Of a stretch of 31,027 nucleotides of DNA, positions 25,838 through 31,027 are shown piece after piece (position 1 is the first letter of the stretch; every line of letters starts with the position of its first letter). The notes beneath the pieces are model-generated. The model searched no databases. It saw only the letters and a program-made list of their open reading frames with translations, and had not been told where the DNA came from. The stretch comes from a virus (Duplodnaviria > Caudoviricetes), in the IMG/VR virus record IMGVR_UViG_3300043185_000016, positions 1 through 31,027 of that record; one strand, written 5' to 3'. The translations under genes were made by a program, and so were the position numbers.

Positions 25838-27222
25838 TCCCTCATCCAGCGCGGAAGCGCGCCGTCATGCTGTGGATCATAGGGCACGCGCACTGCTGAC
25901 GTGCGCCCCATCGCGCGCAGCATCGCCGCGCGCATCTCGCGCTTCATGCCGTCGTGGTCCCCGGCCTTGCGGTCGATCACGCGCCCGATCGAATCCTCGC
26001 CCTCGGCGACGAGCACATGGCACTCGACGGGCCGCGTCTGCCCGAAGCGCCAGAGGCGGCGGATCGCCTGATACCAGGATTCGTATGAGAACGTGCGACC
26101 GACGAAGATCGCGCGGGCGCAGTGCTGGAAGTTCAAGCCCCAGCCCATGATCGAAGGCTTCGAGACGAGAATCTGAATCGAGCCGTTGCAGAAGCCCTCG
26201 ATCGCGGACTCCTTGCGCTCGACCGAATGCGAGCCGCGCACCTCGGCGTAGCTGTAGGGGTGCTCGTTCAGCGCCGCGGCGATCGCGTCGGCTTCGTAGT
26301 CGGTATCGCACCAGAGCAGCCACGACTCGCGCGGCTCGGATGCGACCAGCTCCGCCGCCTGACGTGCGCGACTCTCGGCCGTCCTGCGCTTCGCCTTGTG
26401 CATGTCGGTCGCCGAGAGCGCGAGATCGCCGAACAGGCCCCCAAGCGCAGCGTCGGTCGAGACCGCCTCCACGCGGTGGCGGTGGACCTGCATCGGCGGC
26501 AGCACGAATCGCTCGTCGGCGTCGCCGAGGTCCGATGGCATCGCGGCCATCCGGCACCAGGACGCCATCCAATCCCAGAACGGCGTGACGCCATGGCCCT
26601 TCAGCCGGTAGCGCCCCATGTCGGTCTGATCGGCGATGAACCAGCGCGCGAGCATCTCGGGCGGCTCCATCACCCCGCAGAAGTCCGAGTGCTGGCCGAG
26701 CTCCATGTGGTCATTCGGGGCCGGCGTCGCGGTAGCTGAGAGGCGGAACCGATGGCCGGAGAACGCTGCGCGAAGCGCGCGGCTCGTCGCGCCCATGAAG
26801 CTCTTTAGAATGCTCGACTCATCGAGCGCGACTGCCCCGAACGCCTGCGGGTCTAGCCGCTCCAGCCGATCGTAGTTGCAGATGTTGATGCCGAGCCCCG
26901 CGTCCGCTTGCTCGCGAATCACGCGCACCGGGTAGCCCCAGCGCTTGCCTTCGCGCTCGATCTGCTTCGCGACTGCGAGCGGCGTCAGGATGAGCGCGCA
27001 GCCGTTCGTCGCTTCTGCGGCGTGGATGCACCACTCCAGCTCCACGGCAGTCTTGCCGAGGCCGGTATCAAGGAAGAGCCCGCCCGAACCGACGCCGAGA
27101 AGAAAACGCACGCACTCCGACTGGAAAGGGAAGAGGTGCGTGGCGAGAGCCGGCACTACTGATAGTCCACGCTCCGGCGCGCAGATCGCTTTGTTAGCTA
27201 GGAATTGCCGATAGTCAATCAT
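25834..27222 (-). CDS. SNF2-like superfamily 2 helicase
   Basis: LDTGLGKT, LDESS, ATATPAPND, GWGLNFQHC, QAIRRLWRFGQ; ATGA overlap start. Confidence 0.93.
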   Translation of the reverse strand: MIDYRQFLANKAICAPERGLSVVPALATHLFPFQSECVRFLLGVGSGGLFLDTGLGKTAVELEWCIHAAEATNGCALILTPLAVAKQIEREGKRWGYPVRVIREQADAGLGINICNYDRLERLDPQAFGAVALDESSILKSFMGATSRALRAAFSGHRFRLSATATPAPNDHMELGQHSDFCGVMEPPEMLARWFIADQTDMGRYRLKGHGVTPFWDWMASWCRMAAMPSDLGDADERFVLPPMQVHRHRVEAVSTDAALGGLFGDLALSATDMHKAKRRTAESRARQAAELVASEPRESWLLWCDTDYEADAIAAALNEHPYSYAEVRGSHSVERKESAIEGFCNGSIQILVSKPSIMGWGLNFQHCARAIFVGRTFSYESWYQAIRRLWRFGQTRPVECHVLVAEGEDSIGRVIDRKAGDHDGMKREMRAAMLRAMGRTSAVRVPYDPQHDGALPRWMRD

Positions 27223-28385
27223 CCGATCATCTCCTCGAGCGCTATCGCCGCCTGCTGCCAGACGACGGCATTGCCGAGCGCCGCCAGCCGCGCGCTGCGG
27301 TCTGGCACCCACTCCGTCGTCACCGGAGCCGGCCCGCCGCGCTCGAGGTAGCGCTCCCAGCCCTCCGAGTCGGTGGGTCCGGGCGGCCAGCCGGCCCAGG
27401 GCGCGATCGGGCCGCAGGGGTCGGTCCAGCCACTCGCTAGGCCCATCAGCGCCTCGACGAAGGCCGGCGAGAGTCGCGGCGCGCGGGCCGCGCGGCCCGT
27501 GCTCGAGCCCGTCAGCACGGCATCGGAGAGCGAGACGCCCGCGTGCGCGGCCGAGCCCGGGGCGTTCCTGCTGCCAGCGGCGCGCCCGTCGCCTGCGGTC
27601 GGCGTCGGCCAGAGTTGCGCCACCTGGTCGGCGAGGGTCGGTGTCGCGTCGCCCTCCCCACGCTCCCGGTCCTGCCAGCTCCTCGCGCTCTCGCCCTTCC
27701 AGTCGCGGCTGGTTGGCGAGCGCCAGAGGCTCAGGTCAGCCGCGGATCCAGAATCCAGTGCTCCCGCGCCCATGTCTCGAGGCTCGGCGTCCCGCGGCTC
27801 GGCCGAGCGTGCGGCACGCTGCCCTCGTTCTGCCCGTAGGGGGTCGCGCTGGGCGTCGGATACTCGCCACGCGAGAAGGAAGAACCGGGCGCGCCGGTGA
27901 GGCGCACCGGCAGCGCTCGCTCGTAGCAGCGTCCAGCGAGCATCGTACCCGCAGCCGGCCAGGTCACCGAGGACGTGCTCGACGGGAGCAACTCCATCTG
28001 GGCCGGCGTGAAGCAGCCCGGGGACGTTCTCGAGGAAGACGAAGCGGGGTCGTACCTCGCGAACCACCCGAGCGACGGCAGGCCAGATCCAGCGCTCGTC
28101 GTCGGTGCCGCGCCGGGATCCTGCGACGCTGACGGGCTGGCAGGGGAAGCCGGCGGTGACGAGATCGACTCGCCCGGCGAGCTCGTCCACGGGGAGCCGC
28201 TCGAGGTCGCCGCACCACACAGGTGCCGGATCCAGGCTCTCGTCCTGCATACGCGCGAGGAGCACGGCCGCAGCGAAGGCGTCCCGCTCGCAGTAAGCCA
28301 CCACTCGTGCGTCGGGGAGCACGGCGCGGACTCCGAGGTCGAGCCCGCCGACGCCGGAACAGAGCGAGAGCACGGCGAGAGCCAC
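27219..28385 (-). CDS. DNA cytosine-C5 methyltransferase
   Basis: Motif I LCSGVGG, IV GFPCQP, VI FLENVPG, VIII PHRRARFF, IX-like EALMG..GWT, X LGNAVV. Confidence 0.93.
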   Translation of the reverse strand: MALAVLSLCSGVGGLDLGVRAVLPDARVVAYCERDAFAAAVLLARMQDESLDPAPVWCGDLERLPVDELAGRVDLVTAGFPCQPVSVAGSRRGTDDERWIWPAVARVVREVRPRFVFLENVPGLLHAGPDGVAPVEHVLGDLAGCGYDARWTLLRASAAGAPHRRARFFLLAWRVSDAQRDPLRAERGQRAARSAEPRDAEPRDMGAGALDSGSAADLSLWRSPTSRDWKGESARSWQDRERGEGDATPTLADQVAQLWPTPTAGDGRAAGSRNAPGSAAHAGVSLSDAVLTGSSTGRAARAPRLSPAFVEALMGLASGWTDPCGPIAPWAGWPPGPTDSEGWERYLERGGPAPVTTEWVPDRSARLAALGNAVVWQQAAIALEEMIG

Positions 28386-28386
28386 G

Positions 28387-28746
28387 TCACAGGCCGTCCA
28401 CGATCTCGACCCGACAGGTAGGTGATTTCTTCGGTCCCTTCTCCCAGCGCGAGACGAGCGTGTAGGCATCCGCAGAGTCGTCGATCATCACCCCGGCCAC
28501 GACCAGCGCGTCGATTAGCGGCTTCCATCCGGCCATCACGTTGTCGGGATCTGGCGCTGCGGCGCTGATCCGGGTTAGGGTGACGGTGGGGTGGTCGAGC
28601 GGCCCCTGCGCACGTCGCCAGCCGGCCTCGAGCAGCGCCAGGTCCACGGCGTTCTGCCACTCGCGGCGCGCCTTCGCCTTCACGCTCCAATGCACGCCAC
28701 GCAGGCGGTTGGGCAGCGGTGGAGCCATGGGGATGTCGAGCGTCAC
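28387..28746 (-). CDS. rusA: RusA-like Holliday junction resolvase
   Basis: PDPDN....KPLIDALVVAGVMIDDS catalytic Asp pattern. Confidence 0.85.
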   Translation of the reverse strand: MTLDIPMAPPLPNRLRGVHWSVKAKARREWQNAVDLALLEAGWRRAQGPLDHPTVTLTRISAAAPDPDNVMAGWKPLIDALVVAGVMIDDSADAYTLVSRWEKGPKKSPTCRVEIVDGL

Positions 28747-29726
28747 GCGAGCCTCATCAACGCGCGGTGCTTTTGCGACACGGTGATCGGGTGCCCCGGC
28801 GCACCCGCATCCCGCATCACGCGCTCAGCCGTCGCGCGCGGGATGCCAGGCGTGTTCTGCCCGATCTTCCAGCCGCGCGCCGGGTTGACGATTGCGCCGT
28901 CGGCGCGAGGGGAGACGTTCGAGTCTAGATCGACCGATACCTCCAGTCCCGCAGGGTTGCCCGAGTGCCACCAGAGCGGCCAGATGTTCGCCGGCATCGG
29001 GAGCCGCGAGATGAAGAGGTTGTGCTCGACCACGAGCTGCGGGCGCACGACGGTGCTCCACGGGCGCTTCTGGTAGTCGCCGGTGGGGCCTCCCTTCGGG
29101 CTGTTGCCGATGCAGGGGTTGTAGATGAGGTTGCCACTCAACTCCGTCTCGTCGCAGTTGAAGTTCGGGCAGCGGTAGTCGCCGGGGCCATTCGTGACGA
29201 TGAGCGAGTGGCGGACGGATGCGCGCTTGCCGACGAGCACGAGGTTGTAGGGCCCGTTTCCGTCGGGCTGCGGCTTCTGGAGCGCGAAGACGCACGAGTC
29301 GAAGGCCCAGTCCTCGCAGAGCCCGAGCCCCTGCTCGCCGCCCCATGTCTCGGCGCCCTCGTCCAGGCCGCCCGAGATGGTGCATCGGTGGGTGTGCCCG
29401 GTCCATCGGCCGAGGATGGAGAGGCAGTCTCCGTTGTCATCCGGCCCCTGCACGACGCCGGTGCGCTCGAAGGCGATGTGCGACTGCGAGCCGCGCCAGA
29501 GCGAGAGCGTCGAATTGTAGAAGCGCACGTTGCCGTCGATGATGGTAGTGCCGTCCACGAGGCAGCCGACGAGATCGCAGGGGTGTTGGATCACGAGCGG
29601 GCGCGAGAGGACGATGCGCATGGGGCCGATCTCGATGCAGTCGGCCTTCGTCACCTCGACCGCATGCCTCAGCGACCCTCGCGCGTCGGTGTCCTCGTGG
29701 CGGTCAACGGTGCAGGTGATGGTCAT
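28743..29726 (-). CDS. Pectate lyase-like right-handed beta-helix protein
   Basis: VDRHEDTDARGSLRHAV N-terminal motif, GDCLSI, HRCTISGGLDE, RCP, NLIYN resemble PL1-type lyases; no signal peptide. Confidence 0.65.
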   Translation of the reverse strand: MTITCTVDRHEDTDARGSLRHAVEVTKADCIEIGPMRIVLSRPLVIQHPCDLVGCLVDGTTIIDGNVRFYNSTLSLWRGSQSHIAFERTGVVQGPDDNGDCLSILGRWTGHTHRCTISGGLDEGAETWGGEQGLGLCEDWAFDSCVFALQKPQPDGNGPYNLVLVGKRASVRHSLIVTNGPGDYRCPNFNCDETELSGNLIYNPCIGNSPKGGPTGDYQKRPWSTVVRPQLVVEHNLFISRLPMPANIWPLWWHSGNPAGLEVSVDLDSNVSPRADGAIVNPARGWKIGQNTPGIPRATAERVMRDAGAPGHPITVSQKHRALMRLA

Positions 29727-30358
29727 GGCTTCTCCTTCGGTGCCAGCTCCTCGACCAGCGCGGCGAGGCGGCCGTGCTCCTGTGGCACCGTCAGTCCCTC
29801 GTGATGCGCCCACACCTCCCGCAGCGCCGAGCGGAGGCGGTCGATCTCGGTGATGAGCCCGTGCGTGGTTATCAGGCAAGCATCGCCGCCGTGCTCCGGG
29901 CAAGCACCGTGCTCAGCGTAACAGCCGCTCTTATCACACACGGGCCCGCGCAGCCTCGCGATCTCTGCGTATTGCGCCTCAGCGTCGCTCACGTCGTTCT
30001 CCTCGTCGGGCTCGTAGCCTGCGAGCGGGCAGTCGCCTCTGTGGTCCCGAATCGTCGCCGCGTCGCAGTAGAAGCACTGGCCGTCGCCGTCGCGGATCGC
30101 TTCATGCAGCGCCTTCACGAGCCGCCTCACCTCGACGCAGAGCCAGCGGAGGTCGTCGGGGGCGGCGATGTAGAACTCGCGATCGGCCTCGACATATAGG
30201 TCTGCAATCAGATCGGGCGTCTGGCGATCAGGCCAGCGCTTGATGATGCGCCCACCTCCATGCTCGTAGCGGTGAACGTCGAATGGCCCCGGCGTCGCCG
30301 CAGCGAGCCGCTCCTCGATCGCCTTGATGCGTTCGGCGTTAGTCATCGGCTTGCTCAC
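29723..30358 (-). CDS. Ead/Ea22-like hypothetical protein with Cys/His clusters
   Basis: IEERLAAATPGPF...DREFYIAAPDDLRWLCVEVRRL; CFYC..HRGDC; GTGA overlap start. Confidence 0.65.
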   Translation of the reverse strand: MSKPMTNAERIKAIEERLAAATPGPFDVHRYEHGGGRIIKRWPDRQTPDLIADLYVEADREFYIAAPDDLRWLCVEVRRLVKALHEAIRDGDGQCFYCDAATIRDHRGDCPLAGYEPDEENDVSDAEAQYAEIARLRGPVCDKSGCYAEHGACPEHGGDACLITTHGLITEIDRLRSALREVWAHHEGLTVPQEHGRLAALVEELAPKEKP

Positions 30359-30615
30359 AACGGGGCTAGCTTGAGGGAGTGGATGTGGCCGGCAACTGCA
30401 TCCGCTGCGGCGTACTCTCTGATGGTGACATTGCGGTCGCGGTAGCGCAGCGCCTCTAGCTCGGCAGCGCAGAGCGCATCGTTGTAGGTGCGAACGAGGA
30501 AGGCGAGGATGCGGTGTTGCAGCAAGCAGTCCCAGCAACTACGCGCGTCGTGAGGATGCCCAAGCGCGCACGGCCACTCCTTCTCCACCCGCTCCCGTAG
30601 CTCGTCGATCGTCAC
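30355..30615 (-). CDS. Hypothetical phage protein
   Basis: GGAG RBS, overlapping start and stop with neighbours. Confidence 0.6.
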   Translation of the reverse strand: MTIDELRERVEKEWPCALGHPHDARSCWDCLLQHRILAFLVRTYNDALCAAELEALRYRDRNVTIREYAAADAVAGHIHSLKLAPL

Positions 30616-30908
30616 GTTGTCTCCTTCTCGGCCTCAGCCAGACGCTCAACCACAAGGAAGTTGAGCAGCTCGTCGCGCTCGGCGCGCAGTCGGCCAACAA
30701 GCTCCAAGGCTTCCCGCCACAACACCTTCGGTGTCTTTGGCGATGCCACGTTGGGCAGTTGCAGCGTGTTGCATAGCTCGCGCAGTAGCTCCAGTCGCAC
30801 CACCAAGGTGTGCGCGGGGTCGTCGGTCATGACAGTCTCTCCGATGGGTAGGCGGCGGATGCGATACGCCGCGTTCAGTACGTCAGTCGAACAGTAGACG
30901 TGGGTCAT
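30612..30908 (-). CDS. Hypothetical phage protein
   Basis: GGAGG RBS before ATG 30908; overlap chain. Confidence 0.6.
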   Translation of the reverse strand: MTHVYCSTDVLNAAYRIRRLPIGETVMTDDPAHTLVVRLELLRELCNTLQLPNVASPKTPKVLWREALELVGRLRAERDELLNFLVVERLAEAEKETT

Positions 30909-31027
30909 GACATCATCCTCCCCACCACCACCCCGCCCCAGAACCACAGCGTCCAGCAGATCAGGTGACCGAGCCAGGAGCTGGAGCGGTCGCGCGGCTC
31001 GTCGTCCTCCCAGCGGTGGGCCGGGCG
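30905..31027 (-). CDS. 3' end of a small membrane protein (truncated by window)
   Basis: Open frame RPAHRWEDDEPRDRSSSWLGHLICWTLWFWGGVVVGRMMS* ending in ATGA overlap. Confidence 0.45.
   Translation of the reverse strand, partial: RPAHRWEDDEPRDRSSSWLGHLICWTLWFWGGVVVGRMMS

Larger units (their letters stand above)
1..31027. mobile_element. Podovirus-type phage or prophage segment
   Basis: Complete packaging, head, tail, ejection and lysis module plus phage early genes; no host genes, integrase or att site visible. Confidence 0.95.

Noticed and set aside
1-31027. CRISPR array, tRNA, rRNA, integrase or att site, reverse transcriptase or DGR repeats
   Set aside because: None recognised by eye. 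Despite the BPP-1-like layout, I saw no RT gene or TR/VR pair; short or diverged elements could be missed without tools.
30905-31027. Window as a complete circle joining position 1 to 31027
   Set aside because: Continuing the 1-340 frame across the join gives no RAMP-like C-terminus, no terminal repeat is seen, and replication genes are missing.

Overview
High-GC segment of a tailed dsDNA phage or prophage with a podovirus-type (BPP-1/T7-like morphogenesis) layout. A divergent control region (731-923) separates a leftward operon from a rightward late operon. The leftward operon holds an HTH regulator and a truncated gene (1-340, absent from the ORF track) whose N-terminus carries RAMP/Cas7-like motifs although no cas genes are visible. 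The late operon runs TerS, TerL, GNAT-like protein, portal, Bbp19-like protein, scaffold, major capsid, decoration protein, tail tubular A/B, three ejection proteins, two signal-peptide proteins where a tail fibre is expected, and a lysis region with an M15 endolysin. From 24207 to the end is a convergent minus-strand block: N4C/N6A methyltransferase, SNF2 helicase, C5 methyltransferase, RusA, a pectate-lyase-like protein and small hypotheticals. It is interrupted by a small plus-strand cassette (promoter, acidic ORF, RHH). The best leads are the solo RAMP-like gene, the secreted Cys-rich proteins replacing a canonical tail fibre together with four repeated FCCH-like domains in the tail tube proteins, the acr-aca-like cassette, and the dual-frame C5 methyltransferase. 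All calls come from motif reading and synteny; no searches were run.
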